A stretch of 64,000 bases of DNA, taken from assembly GCA_963771275.1 (NCBI GenBank), contig CAVYSW010000005.1:32001-96000 (forward strand). Reading direction: 5' to 3'. The notes beneath the pieces were generated by a model. That model saw only the letters and a list, made by a program, of their open reading frames with translations. It was not told the DNA's origin and searched no databases. The stretch is from an uncultured Gemmatimonadales bacterium. GTDB lineage: Bacteria > Gemmatimonadota > Gemmatimonadetes > Gemmatimonadales > GWC2-71-9. Positions within the stretch are counted from its first letter, which is position 1; each line of letters starts with the position of its first letter. Below, in pieces: positions 1 to 14,164 of the stretch. The translations under genes and the position numbers were made by a program.

Positions 1-2
1 GC

Positions 3-1067
3 TTCGAGACCGGCGACCAGTACCTGATCGACGGCTTGATCGGGAAAGGCGGGTTCGGCGGCGTCTACCGGGCGCGATTCGTCCACGAGGGCGGGGTCGC
101 CCCGCAACCGGTCTGCGTCAAGACGACCGTGGACGTCGGGAGCTGGCACCGCGAGGCCTACTTCGGCGAGATCCTGCGCGGCCACGCGGGCGCCGTGCAG
201 ATGCTCGGCAGCTTCGTGGGGCACCAGGGCGCCCGGCGCCCGCTCTACTGCTCGGTGTTCGAGCTGTGCGAGCGGAGCGTGGGCGGCGCCCTCCGGGCGG
301 GCGCGCTCCGCTGGTCCGAGGCGAAGATCCTGCGGGAGTTCCGCGCCGTCGTGCGCGCGGTGAGCGACCTGCACGCGAGCGGGGCGGTGCACCGCGACAT
401 CACCCCGCTCAACGTCCTGCTCACGTTCGACGGCCACCTCAAGCTCGCCGACTTCGGGATCGCGACCCACGGCATCGCCCGCCACGTCCGCGCCGATGCG
501 TTCAACCCGTGGCATGCGCCCGTGACCGTCCTGGTCGGCGGAAAACGGAGCTGGACCCCGCGGGAGGACGTGTGGCAGCTCGGCCAGCTCCTGGCGCGTC
601 TGCTGGGCGCCGACGTCCCGCAGCGCCTGCACAGCGCCCACGTGCGGAAGCTCAAGTGCTCGGATCGCAGCAAGGCCCTGATCTATCGCTCGATCGCCAG
701 CCGCGAGCACCGCTTTCCGGACGCGGGTCACCTGCTGGAGGCGATGGCGCGCGATGCGGATCTCGCGTTCTCGCGGATCGGCAGCGTCGCGAACCGCACG
801 ATCGTGTTCACCGGCCGCGGCACGATGGCGCGCGCGGCGCTGTGGCAGATTGCCCGCCGGGCCGGCGCCCACCCGTCGGCGCGGGTGTCCCGGGACGTTG
901 ATGTGGTCGTGGTGAGTGGCCGGTCGCCGGTCTGGGCGGCGGGCGCGACCGGCCGGAAGATCATGGCCGCGCTCCGGCTCCGGGACGAGGGCCACGCCAT
1001 CCGCTTCGTCACCGAGTCGCGGTTCGTCGCCGTGGCGCGCGGCCGACCCGGCCCGCGCCGCCGCTGA
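3..1067 (+). CDS. Ser/Thr protein kinase with C-terminal BRCT-like domain (open at the window's 5' edge)
   Basis: GKGGFGGVY Gly-loop, [15 protein letters not shown]. The C-terminal segment TIVFTG...GA...[10 protein letters not shown]...G.K..AA resembles the LigA-type BRCT domain. The frame is open from base 3. Confidence 0.8.
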   Translation, partial: FETGDQYLIDGLIGKGGFGGVYRARFVHEGGVAPQPVCVKTTVDVGSWHREAYFGEILRGHAGAVQMLGSFVGHQGARRPLYCSVFELCERSVGGALRAGALRWSEAKILREFRAVVRAVSDLHASGAVHRDITPLNVLLTFDGHLKLADFGIATHGIARHVRADAFNPWHAPVTVLVGGKRSWTPREDVWQLGQLLARLLGADVPQRLHSAHVRKLKCSDRSKALIYRSIASREHRFPDAGHLLEAMARDADLAFSRIGSVANRTIVFTGRGTMARAALWQIARRAGAHPSARVSRDVDVVVVSGRSPVWAAGATGRKIMAALRLRDEGHAIRFVTESRFVAVARGRPGPRRR

Positions 1068-1099
1068 CCGGCGGCGCCATCACCAGCGCGAGCGCCTGG

Positions 1100-2494
1100 G
1101 TGCCGGACCTCAGCAAGACTGCCTTCGTCGAGGGGTGGCGGTGTCCCAACCGTCTCTGGTGGTACGTCCACGAACCCGACGCACCGGAGCGGGTACCCAC
1201 CGCGAGCGACCTGCTCCGCATGGAGCAGGGTCAGCAGGTCCATGCGCTCGCGCGGTCCTACGTGCCGGGAGCCATCTACAACGCGGCCTTCCGCGCCGAC
1301 GACGTGTTCGTCGAGGTGGACATCCTGGAGAGGGCAGGGAGAGGCTTCAGCCTGGTCGAGGTGAAGTCCGCCACCGCCGTGAAGCCGGAGTACGTCCCGG
1401 ACGTCGCCATTCAGGTGTACGTCGCGCGGGGCGCGGGGGTCCCGGTCACCCGCGCCGAGCTGATGCACCTGAACAAGCACTGCCGGTATCCCGACCTGTC
1501 GGATCTCTTCACTCGCGAAGACGTCACGGCGCAAGTCGAGGCCATCCTGCCAGACATCCCGAGGCAGCTCGCCGAGCAACGACGCGTGATCGGGGGCCCC
1601 AACCCCGGGCTCGCGTTCGGGCCGCAGTGTTTCGACGCGCGCGACTGTCCCTTCACGGATCGCTGCTGGCCCACGATCACGCGGGACCATGTGCTGAGCC
1701 TGGCGCGCGTGAAGCTGAGCAGGGCGTACGAGTGGATGCAGCAGGGCATCCACGCGATCCGGGATCTGCCGCTCGATGCCGGGCTGCCGCTCGTTGCCCA
1801 ACGCCAGGTGCGGGCCGTCAAGCAAGGCGCGATGATCATCGGCCCTGGACTCGCAGACGCGCTTGCCGCCTTCGAGGCTCCGATGGCGTTCCTGGACTTC
1901 GAGACCGTGCAGCCGGCCATCCCCGTGTGGGACGGGTGCTGGCCCTGGCAGCAGGTCCCCGTCCAGTTCAGCTGCCACGTACTCAGTGCCGATGGAGCCC
2001 TGCGGCACCATGCCTGGCTGGCCGAGGGCCCCGGCGATCCCCGGGAGCCTCTCGCGCGTGCGATGATCGCCGCGTGCGCCGGTGCCCGCACGGTCGTCAG
2101 CTACTGGGCGACCTTCGAGCGCAGTCGTATCGCGGAGCTCGCCGACGCGCTGCCGGAGCTGGCGACGGACCTCCTGGACATCAACCGCCGGATGCTGGAC
2201 CTCCATCCGGTCGTCCGGGACCACCTGTACCACCCCGACTTCCTCGGCAGCTTCAGCCTCAAGGCGATCGTCCCGGCCCTGATCCCCGAGCTGGCTTACG
2301 ATGACCTGGAGGTGAAGGAAGGCGGTGAAGCGAGCGCGCTGCTCACGCGGTACCTGTTTGCGCCCGGAGCGCTGGCGCCGGCAGCGACGGTGAACCTGCG
2401 AAGGGACCTCTTGGCGTATTGTGAGCGGGACACGTTCGTCATGGTGGCGCTGCTGGGCCGGTTGCATCAGCTTGCTGTGCGGGCGGGTGGGTGA
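1100..2494 (+). CDS. DUF2779-domain protein (N-terminal PD-(D/E)XK-like nuclease motif plus RNase H/DnaQ-like DUF2779 domain)
   Basis: LSKTAF..GWRCP.RLW N-terminus, VDIL...LVEVKS motif, FLDFET, QVPVQFSCH, SFSLK, LLAYCERDT. Confidence 0.75.
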   Translation: MPDLSKTAFVEGWRCPNRLWWYVHEPDAPERVPTASDLLRMEQGQQVHALARSYVPGAIYNAAFRADDVFVEVDILERAGRGFSLVEVKSATAVKPEYVPDVAIQVYVARGAGVPVTRAELMHLNKHCRYPDLSDLFTREDVTAQVEAILPDIPRQLAEQRRVIGGPNPGLAFGPQCFDARDCPFTDRCWPTITRDHVLSLARVKLSRAYEWMQQGIHAIRDLPLDAGLPLVAQRQVRAVKQGAMIIGPGLADALAAFEAPMAFLDFETVQPAIPVWDGCWPWQQVPVQFSCHVLSADGALRHHAWLAEGPGDPREPLARAMIAACAGARTVVSYWATFERSRIAELADALPELATDLLDINRRMLDLHPVVRDHLYHPDFLGSFSLKAIVPALIPELAYDDLEVKEGGEASALLTRYLFAPGALAPAATVNLRRDLLAYCERDTFVMVALLGRLHQLAVRAGG

Positions 2495-2544
2495 CCGACC
2501 CCTGGGTCGGGCGCCGGTTGGGGTGCGCCACAACGGGAGGGACC

Positions 2545-4563
<2,019 letters not shown>

Positions 4564-4703
4564 CGGTTGCCATTGCTCCCGGCAGACCCCGGCAACGGCG
4601 ACGCTGAAGTCCGGCATCCGACGCTCGGAAGGTCCCTGAGAGAGCGGCACCATGTCGGTCGATCGATGTCCCCTGAGTCGAAAGGGGCTGAGTTCGACCG
4701 CCG

Positions 4704-4958
4704 ATGCGTTGCCAAGCCTCCGACCTCGACCGCGACGATGCCCTTTTCGGGCCGATCCTCGCCGAGGACCGAGCGCGAATCCTCGCGGGGATCGGGGATG
4801 CGGATGCGGCACTCGATGGGATCGAGCGGCTGCTGGCCGGACCGTCCTACGTCAGCGTCCACCCGCTGCGCCTCGACCCGCGTTGGGACCTGATCCGCAA
4901 CGACCCGCGGTTCCAGGCGCTGCTGGTGAAGTACGCGGAGCCGCAACCGGTGCGCTGA
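4704..4958 (+). pseudogene. Orphan C-terminal fragment of a kinase-TolB-TPR-type protein
   Basis: LRLDPRWDLIRNDPRFQALL is the typical C-terminal motif of kinase/TolB/TPR proteins. No upstream domains are in frame. Confidence 0.55.
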
Positions 4959-5045
4959 CGGAGCGGCGCATCCCTCCGACTTGCCTGACCCTGCTCGCCG
5001 TTCAGGGTCGCCCACGCCGATCCGACGCCATATCTTCACCGGTTG

Positions 5046-6460
<1,415 letters not shown>

Positions 6461-6464
<4 letters not shown>

Positions 6465-8464
6465 TGCCCAACATGACTCTCCGGGAACTTGCTCGTGGCG
6501 GTACCGTCTGCGCGCTGGCCGCGCTGGCCGGCTGCGGCGGCGAGCGCCCCGGTACCGCGCGCGTCACGCTGCTCTCGCCTGAAGGCGCGAACCACCAGTA
6601 CGCCCGCTACTCGCCCGACGGGAGGCGCATCGCGTACTGGGCGGCCGCGCCGACCGGCTGGAACCTCACGGTCGCCGCGGCCAACCTGTCCGGCGCGCGC
6701 ACGCTGGACTCGGCACCGTTCCTCGCAACTCCGCCACTGTGGTCGCCGGAGGGGACGGCGGTCGCGTACGACGCGGGGGCGGACGCCGACATCTGGGTCA
6801 CCCCGGTCGACGGGGGGGCGCCTCGGCGACTCACCGCGAGCAAGGGCCTCGAGATACCGCTGCAGTGGCGTCCGGACGGCCGCGCGCTGGCGTACCTCGC
6901 CTCGGTCCAAGGCGGGGTGCGGGTGGGGGTGGTCGGGCTCACGACCGGGGCGACGACTCCGCTGCTCGCCGAAACGCGACCCGCGGTGGGGTTCTGGTCC
7001 CCCGACGGCTCGGAGATCGCCTACATGGTGATCGACGCCGGGAGGTACACGATCTGGCTCGCGGACAGCGCCGGCCGCAACGGCCGGCAGCTCACGACCG
7101 AGGGGTTCGAGAACCTGCCGAGAGCCGGCCCATGGTCGCCCGACGGGTCCGAGCTGCTGTACGAGTCCCGGCGTACCGGCACCGCCGACCTGTGGGTGCT
7201 CTCCGTCGCCAGCGACTCGGCGCGCCAGCTCACCCGCGACGTGCGCAACGACTACGCCCCCGAGTGGTCGCCGGATGGCAGATGGGTGGGGTTCCTGTCC
7301 GAGCGCGGCCGGCAGACCGACATCTGGATCGTCCGGGCCGCCGGGGGCAGGCCGGAGCGCGTCACCGACGACGAGGCGGCGGAAGACGACCTGCAGTGGG
7401 TGCCGGGCACGAGCGAGATCGGGTTCACCACCGGGGTGGTGCAGAGCGGCCTGTGGACGCGCTCGCTCGCGGGCGGCCCCGAACGGCGACTCACACCCGA
7501 CTCGATTCGCGTGGGCGGCTACGATCTCTCACCCGACGGCAGCGCGGTGGTCTATCAGGTCATCCGGGGCGGCGGGGTGAGCGACCTCCAGGTCATCCCC
7601 ATCGCCGGTGGAGCGCCGCGCACCCTGGTCGCGGGCACCACCCAGAACCGGGAGCCCAAGTGGTCGCCCGACGGCCGCATGGTGATGTTCGTCTCCGACC
7701 GCAGCGGCAGCCACGACGTCTGGGTCGTGGACGCGGCGGGTGGTGTGCCGCGCGATCTCACCGGTTGGCCCACCAATGAGCTCCTCGCCGAGTGGTCCGC
7801 GGACGGGGCGTCGGTCTACTTCGTCTCGGCGCGCGACGCCACGCCGCTGTTCGACCTCTGGCAGGTTCCCGCGAGCGGCGGCGAGCCGCGGCGCCTGACG
7901 CGCGTGGGAACGCTGCAGGGAGCAGTCACCAGCCGGTCCTCCGGGGAAGTGTTCCTGATGATGATCGGCGGCAGCGAGGGCCAGATCGTCCTGAGCCGCC
8001 TCCTGCCGGGCGGCAGACTGCAGACGTTGTGGGATCGATCGAGCGTGCTGGATGTGGCGGCGACGGACATCACGCCATCGGGCGACTCGATCGCCGTCCT
8101 GGTGCAGCACCCGGGTGGGGGCGTGGGCACGATGCTGCTTCCCACCCACGGCGGTGAGGGGCGCGCGATGCTCGGCGACAACGAGGGCGTCCTGGATTGG
8201 TCGGCGGACGGCGCCCGGGTCCTCTACTGGTCGGGGGTGCCCAACGCCGACCTGTACGTGATGACCCTGCGTGACGGCACCACGCAACGCGTGACCGACA
8301 CGCCGGACGACGAAAGCAGCGCGCGATGGCTGCCCGACGGGCGGAGCGTCCTGTTCCTCCGCTCGACGGTGCAGCGGCGGATCGCGACGGTGGATGTCGG
8401 GAAGCTGATGGCGGGTGATCACGCGCGCCGCGAGCGGCGCCGCCCGCCTCGGACCGCGCCATGA
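6461..8464 (+). CDS. TolB-like/PD40 beta-propeller lipoprotein
   Basis: Lipobox LAGC and many WSPDG-type repeats. ATGA overlap with the kinase stop codon. Confidence 0.85.
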
Positions 8465-8616
8465 TGCGGATCGCGGAGCCGGGCGCGGGTGCCTGCGACC
8501 GTGCCGGCCACGGGCATGTCTAGCGAGAACTCGAGCGTGCGAGGACCTATGCCTACGCGTGCGATTGCGCGCGCGATCGTCGTCGCCCTGGTGACCTCTG
8601 CCCGCGCGGACCGCGG

Positions 8617-9045
8617 CTAGTCCCTCTCGTAACGAGGATGTGGTGTGCTGTCGTCAGCGAGACGGAGCACGTCGACGTGGCCGCTTCGCGTGACCTCGAA
8701 CGGGCGGCACGTCAAGTCGGGCGTGCGCTGCTGGAACAGGCCTTCCGCCCAACCGGAGCCCATCATACAGAGGGTATCACCGCGAAGCGACCACCTGGGG
8801 CGTTCAGCGAGCGTCGTCATCGCGAGCTGGAGCAAGCTATCCGCTTCCGTGGCGCGAGCCGCGTACGCCGAGTCCGACCCGCGGTAGTACGCGTGAAACC
8901 GCAGCACGCCCGAATCCGCAATCACCATGGTGTACGTGACGGAGTCCACGCTGCGCATCACCCATTCCCCCTTGGAGGATGGTGCGGGTGATGAACATGC
9001 GACCGCGACGCCCGCCAAGCCCAGGACGCTGGCCCACCGTTTCAT
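8617..9045 (-). CDS. Hypothetical lipoprotein
   Basis: MKRWASVLGLAGVAVAC signal/lipobox, about 142 aa, no family recognised. Confidence 0.55.
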   Translation of the reverse strand: MKRWASVLGLAGVAVACSSPAPSSKGEWVMRSVDSVTYTMVIADSGVLRFHAYYRGSDSAYAARATEADSLLQLAMTTLAERPRWSLRGDTLCMMGSGWAEGLFQQRTPDLTCRPFEVTRSGHVDVLRLADDSTPHPRYERD

Positions 9046-9185
9046 GTGCCAACCTCGCAAAGACCGGTCTTCGACCTGCAGTGCCCAGTCCCGAGAAGCT
9101 ACGATTGAGCCGGGGTGTGAGTCCAGTACTGTGCCGCCACAGCCAAACTCGCACAACGCAGCCAAACGGGGCGGCCTTGGCAGCC

Positions 9186-9407
9186 GGGATACCCGTGGAG
9201 GCGGTGCGCCGGGGGGCCTCGCGGTTCACGCCGGGCCGGATCGCCTGGAACATCGTGATCGACGCATTCCTGGGTGCGAGACCGCTGGTCGGCGACGCCT
9301 GCGACGCCGTGTGGAAGGCGAATCTCCGGAACGTTGCCCTGCCGGAACGGCACGCGGCCGTCCCGTTGGAAGCACGCCAGGCAGATCGCCTCTTCGTAGC
9401 CTGTTGA
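9186..9407 (+). pseudogene. Degraded DUF4112-family gene remnant
   Basis: EAVRRGASRFT..RIAWNIVIDAFLGARPLVGDACDAVWKANLRNVAL.ERH matches the C-terminal half of DUF4112 proteins. No N-terminal half or credible start is present. Confidence 0.6.
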
Positions 9408-9777
9408 GCGGCTCGGTCTTCCTCCTCTGCGGGTCCCTGAACCACCGGTTCGGTCACGTCCGCACTCCCTGTAAGTCCTGATTCGACAACGATCTTCTCG
9501 ATCGGAGCCATGCCCGCCAACGGGCGGGGCCGAGGTCCCCAGCCATGGCCGGCAGGCGGGTGGGGACCGGGGGGCCGAGTGCCCCAGCGTTCCGGGTGTG
9601 GCGTGCGTAATCTCATAGATGTTCCCGTGCCGGCGCGGCCATGTGCTCCGGCCGGGCGAGTTGAGCGAGACCGACCATCCCTTGACCAGGATCGCGTGGC
9701 TCCCTCCGGGCGCGCCGTGCGACGACGACTGATCGATGAGCAGAGTGGCGACGCGGTGCCGTAGCGTTCGGCCGACG

Positions 9778-10884
9778 ATGCCGGTGCGAGCGGTGTATCT
9801 GATCGGGGGTGCCGTGTCGGCGCTCAGCGCCTGCGCCGACCCGCGCGAGGCGCGCGTGGCGACGGTGCCCGTGACGGTGGCCCAGGCCGAGCAGCGGTCG
9901 GTACCGTTCGAGATCACGGCGCCGGGGACCGTCGAGCCGATGCGGGCCGCCGCGGTCACCGCGCAGGTGTCGGGCATGGTGATCAGCGTGAGGTTCCGTG
10001 AGGGTGAAGAGGTGCGCGAGGGCGCCGTGCTGGTGGAGATCGATCCGCGCCCGTACCGCAACGCGCTTGCCCAGGCGCAGGCGACGCTGGCGCGCGACGC
10101 GATCCAGCTGGAAACCGCGCGGCGGCAGGTCGAGCGCTACCAGGGGCTGGCCAAGAACGAGGGCATCGCGGCCGAGCAGTTCGAGTCGCTCCAGGCGACG
10201 GCCCAGGGGCTCGAAGCCACCCTCAAGTCCGACTCGGCGAATCTGGACAACGCGCGGCTCAACCTCGAGTACACCTCCATTCGGGCGCCGATCTCCGGGC
10301 GGACCGGCAGCCTGCTGATCAAAGAGGGCAACGTGGTGCGCGCCGCGGGCTCCCAGGTCCTGGTCACGGTCAACCAGACGCGGCCGATCCTGGTGCGGTT
10401 CGCGGTGCCGGCGCCGAATCTCCCGGTGATCCGGCGCTTCCTGGACGGGAACCTCGCGGTGCGGGTCCAGACGACCGAGGACACGACGTCGCTGGCGGGC
10501 ACGCTGGTGTTCGTCGACAACGCGGTGGACACGACCACCGGCACGATCATGCTCAAGGCCCGGTTCGACAACGCGGACGGCGCGCTGTGGCCGGGTCAGT
10601 TCGTGACCGCGACGCTGGTGCTGTACGAGCAGCGCGACGCCGTGGTGATCCCCATCGCGGCCGTCGTCGAGGCGGAAGGCGGCAGCTACGTGTACGTGGT
10701 GGGTACGGACGAGAAGGCGGTCACGCGACCGGTCGTGGTGGGGCGGTCGCTCGGCGACGACGTGATCGTGACCGACGGACTCGCGGTCGGCGAGACCGTC
10801 GTGACCGACGGGCAGCTCCGGCTGACGCCGGGCGCCCGCGTCCAGATCCGCAACGTCCAGAGCCAGCAGCGCGGTGCCCCATGA
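9778..10884 (+). CDS. RND efflux periplasmic adaptor (MdtA-like)
   Basis: Lipobox LSAC, AQVSG..EG..V..G..L..ID, IRAPISGRTG, DNAVDTTTGTI, LWPGQFV. Confidence 0.92.
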   Translation: MPVRAVYLIGGAVSALSACADPREARVATVPVTVAQAEQRSVPFEITAPGTVEPMRAAAVTAQVSGMVISVRFREGEEVREGAVLVEIDPRPYRNALAQAQATLARDAIQLETARRQVERYQGLAKNEGIAAEQFESLQATAQGLEATLKSDSANLDNARLNLEYTSIRAPISGRTGSLLIKEGNVVRAAGSQVLVTVNQTRPILVRFAVPAPNLPVIRRFLDGNLAVRVQTTEDTTSLAGTLVFVDNAVDTTTGTIMLKARFDNADGALWPGQFVTATLVLYEQRDAVVIPIAAVVEAEGGSYVYVVGTDEKAVTRPVVVGRSLGDDVIVTDGLAVGETVVTDGQLRLTPGARVQIRNVQSQQRGAP

Positions 10885-13800
10885 ACATCGCGGCCCTGTT
10901 CATCCGGCGGCCGATCGCCACGACGCTGGTGATGGTCGGGATCGTCATCTTCGGGTTCGTCGGCTACCGGCAGCTCCCGGTGAGCGACCTGCCGCCGATC
11001 GACTACCCGACGATCAACGTCAATGCCAGCTTCTCGGGGGCAAGCCCCGAGACCATGGCGTCCTCCGTAGCGACGCCGCTGGAGCGGGCCTTCTCCACCA
11101 TTCCCGGCGTGGAGCAGATCACGTCCAGCAGCAACCAGGGCTCGACCAACATCACGCTGCAGTTCGCGCTGTCGCGCGACATCGACGCCGCGGCGCAGGA
11201 CGTGCAGACCGCGCTGTCGCGGGCGCAGCGCGGGCTGCCGGACGACATGCGGGACCCGCCCTCGTACTTCAAGTCCAATCCGTCCGACTTCCCGATCATC
11301 CTCTACTCGGTGGCGTCGCGCACGCTGCCGATCTCCACGGTGAACGAGTACGCCGAGACCGTGCTGGCGCCCCGGATCTCCACCATCGAGGGCGTGGCCC
11401 AGGTCGACATCATGGGCACCCAGCGCTTCGCCGTCCGCGTGCAGGTGGACCCGCGGGCCCTGGCGTACCGGCGCATCGGGATCGACGAGGTCGTGACCGC
11501 GGTCAACGCCAACAACATCGCCACGCCAGCCGGCGCGCTGTGGGGCCGCCACCGGGTGCTCGCCCTCCAGTCCAACGGGCAGCTGCAGGACGCCGACGCG
11601 TTCCGCGACATCGTCATCGCCTACCGCAACGGCTCGCCGGTGCGGCTCGGCGACGTGGGCAACGTGCTGAACGCGGTGTCGAACCCGCGCTCCGGCAACT
11701 GGTACAACGGCGCCCGCACGATCGTGCTGGCGGTACGCCGGCAGCCCGGCTCCAACACGGTGCAGGTGGCCGATGCGGTGAGCGCGCGCATCGAGAGCAT
11801 GCGGGGGCAGCTCCCGCCGGCGGTCGAGGTCAACCTGCTGTACGACCGGTCACAGACCATCCGGGAGTCTGTCGCGGACGTGCGGTTCACCCTGCTGCTC
11901 ACGCTCTGCCTCGTGGTGCTGGTCATCTTCCTGTTCCTGCGCAACGTGCCGGCGACGGCGATCCCGAGTATGGCGCTGCCGATGTCGGTCGTCGGAACGT
12001 TCGCCGTCATGGCCCTGTTCGGGTTGAGCGTGGACAACCTCTCGATGATGGCGCTCACGCTGGCCGTGGGCTTCGTGGTGGACGACGCCATCGTGATGCT
12101 GGAGAACATCCACCGGCACGTCGAAATGGGAAAGCCGGGGCTGCAGGCGGCGCTGGAGGGCTCGAAGGAGGTCGGCTTCACGATCCTGTCGATGACGCTG
12201 TCCCTGGTCGCCGTGTTCATCCCGCTGCTGTTCATGCCGGGGCTGCTGGGACGGCTGTTCCACGAGTTCGCGGTCGTGATCGCCGCGGCGATCCTGATCT
12301 CGGGCTTCGTGTCCCTGACGCTCACGCCGATGATGTGCAGCCTGTTCCTCAAGGGCGAGCACCAGGTGCGGCACGGCTGGTTCTACGACACGGCCGAGAC
12401 CACGTGGAACCGCACGGTCGAGCTGTATCGCCGGTCGCTGCACTGGGTGCTTGGCCACCGGCGCACGGCGATGGCCGGGTCGTTCGCCATTCTCGTGGCT
12501 ACCCTCCTGCTGTTCCTCATCGTGCCCAGGGGGTTCATCCCCAATCAGGACGTGGGCTCGGTCAGCGGCTCGATCGAGGCGGCCGAGGGGACGTCGTGGG
12601 AGCAGATGGTGGAGCACATGACCCGTGTGAGCGACGTGGTGCGGGAGAACCCCAACGTCCAGGGCGTCCAGGTCTCCGGCGGGGGTGGGTTCAGCGGCGG
12701 GCTCACGCGCGCACGGCTCAGCGTCTACCTGAAGCCGCGCAACGAGCGGTCCCTGAGCGCGGACGAGGTGATCCGGAGCCTCCAGCCCGCGCTGGCGCGG
12801 CTGCCCGGCGTGCGGGTGTTTCTCACCAACCCGCCGGCGATTCGCATCGGCGGCCGCGGCAGCCAGAGCCAGTACCAGTTCACGCTGCAGGGCGCGGATC
12901 TCCAGGAGCTGTACCAGCAGGCTCACGTCATGGAGACCCGGATGCGCGATCTCCCCGTGATCCGCGACGTCTCGAGCGACCTCCAGATGCGCAACCCGCA
13001 GCTCCGGATCGACGTGGACCGCGATCGGGCGGCGGCGCTCGGGCTCAACATCAGCCAGGTGCAGAGCGCGCTGTACAACGCGTTCGGGTCGCGCCAGATC
13101 TCGACCATCCTGGGCACCAGCAACGACTACCCGGTGATCCTCGAGCTGCTGCCCGAGTTCCAGCGCGATCCCTCCGCCATCAACCTGCTGCACGTCCGGT
13201 CGCGGACGGGCGCGCTGGTGCCGCTCGGCGCCGTGGCGAAGGTCACGCCGATCCTGGGGCCCCAGTCGATCAATCACTCGGGCCAGCTCCCGTCGGTCAC
13301 GCTGTCGTTCAACCTGGAGGAGGGGGTGTCGCTGGGGGATGGCGTCGGCGCGGTGCAGCGCCTGGCGAACGAGGTGCTGCCCGCCACCGTGACGGGGGGC
13401 TTCTCGGGCACCGCGCAGGCATTCCAGCAGTCCCAGACCGGCCTGCTGTTCCTGCTGATCGTGGCGATCCTGGTGATCTACCTCGTGCTCGGAGTGCTGT
13501 ACGAGAGCTTCATCCACCCGCTGACGATCCTCTCGGCCCTCCCGTTCGCGGTGTTCGGCGCGCTGGTGACGCTGCTGATCTTCCGCACGGACCTGAACCT
13601 CTACTCGTACGTCGGGCTGATCCTGCTCGTGGGCCTGGTGAAGAAGAACGGCATCATGATGATCGACTTCGCGCTCGACGCCCAGCGCAACGAGGGGCTG
13701 GCGCCGGCCGACGCGATCGCCAGCGCCTGCCTGATCCGGTTCCGGCCGATCATGATGACCACGATGTGCGCGCTGATGGCGACCCTGCCGATCGCGATCG

Positions 13801-14009
13801 GCTGGGGCGCGGGCGCCGAGGCGCGCCGCCCGCTGGGCATCGCGGTGGTGGGCGGGCTGTTCGTCTCGCAGCTGGTCACGCTGTACGTGACCCCCGTGAT
13901 CTACACGTACTTGGATTCGTTCCAGGCGTGGCTCGGGAGCCGGGTCTCCCGGCGCGCGCGCGTGCCGGTCGGCGCGGAGCCGGCGCTGGGCCTCCAGGGC
14001 GCGGAGTAG
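10881..14009 (+). CDS. RND efflux permease (MdtB/MdtC/AcrB family)
   Basis: MNIAALFIRRPIATTL, GFVVDDAIVMLENI, GLVKKNGIMMIDF, RFRPIMMTT. ATGA overlap with the adaptor gene. Confidence 0.95.
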   Translation: MNIAALFIRRPIATTLVMVGIVIFGFVGYRQLPVSDLPPIDYPTINVNASFSGASPETMASSVATPLERAFSTIPGVEQITSSSNQGSTNITLQFALSRDIDAAAQDVQTALSRAQRGLPDDMRDPPSYFKSNPSDFPIILYSVASRTLPISTVNEYAETVLAPRISTIEGVAQVDIMGTQRFAVRVQVDPRALAYRRIGIDEVVTAVNANNIATPAGALWGRHRVLALQSNGQLQDADAFRDIVIAYRNGSPVRLGDVGNVLNAVSNPRSGNWYNGARTIVLAVRRQPGSNTVQVADAVSARIESMRGQLPPAVEVNLLYDRSQTIRESVADVRFTLLLTLCLVVLVIFLFLRNVPATAIPSMALPMSVVGTFAVMALFGLSVDNLSMMALTLAVGFVVDDAIVMLENIHRHVEMGKPGLQAALEGSKEVGFTILSMTLSLVAVFIPLLFMPGLLGRLFHEFAVVIAAAILISGFVSLTLTPMMCSLFLKGEHQVRHGWFYDTAETTWNRTVELYRRSLHWVLGHRRTAMAGSFAILVATLLLFLIVPRGFIPNQDVGSVSGSIEAAEGTSWEQMVEHMTRVSDVVRENPNVQGVQVSGGGGFSGGLTRARLSVYLKPRNERSLSADEVIRSLQPALARLPGVRVFLTNPPAIRIGGRGSQSQYQFTLQGADLQELYQQAHVMETRMRDLPVIRDVSSDLQMRNPQLRIDVDRDRAAALGLNISQVQSALYNAFGSRQISTILGTSNDYPVILELLPEFQRDPSAINLLHVRSRTGALVPLGAVAKVTPILGPQSINHSGQLPSVTLSFNLEEGVSLGDGVGAVQRLANEVLPATVTGGFSGTAQAFQQSQTGLLFLLIVAILVIYLVLGVLYESFIHPLTILSALPFAVFGALVTLLIFRTDLNLYSYVGLILLVGLVKKNGIMMIDFALDAQRNEGLAPADAIASACLIRFRPIMMTTMCALMATLPIAIGWGAGAEARRPLGIAVVGGLFVSQLVTLYVTPVIYTYLDSFQAWLGSRVSRRARVPVGAEPALGLQGAE

Positions 14010-14164
14010 GCGCCGGAAGCAGTCCTGGGCCAGCGCCCAGGCACGGGGTCTGCGTCCGCTTGGCCGAGCCCGCCCCGCAGTGCGGGCCTGCCCGGGCCTC
14101 CTCCCGCTTTTCCCCCGGCGGTAGTATCCTTTCTGGGGGACGGTCCCAGCCGCCCACCCAGACG

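Noticed and set aside
4640..4700. Hammerhead ribozyme (CTGA...GAAA)
   Set aside because: The CUGANGA core is not matched (CTGAGAG, CTGAGTC) and I could not build the three-stem junction.
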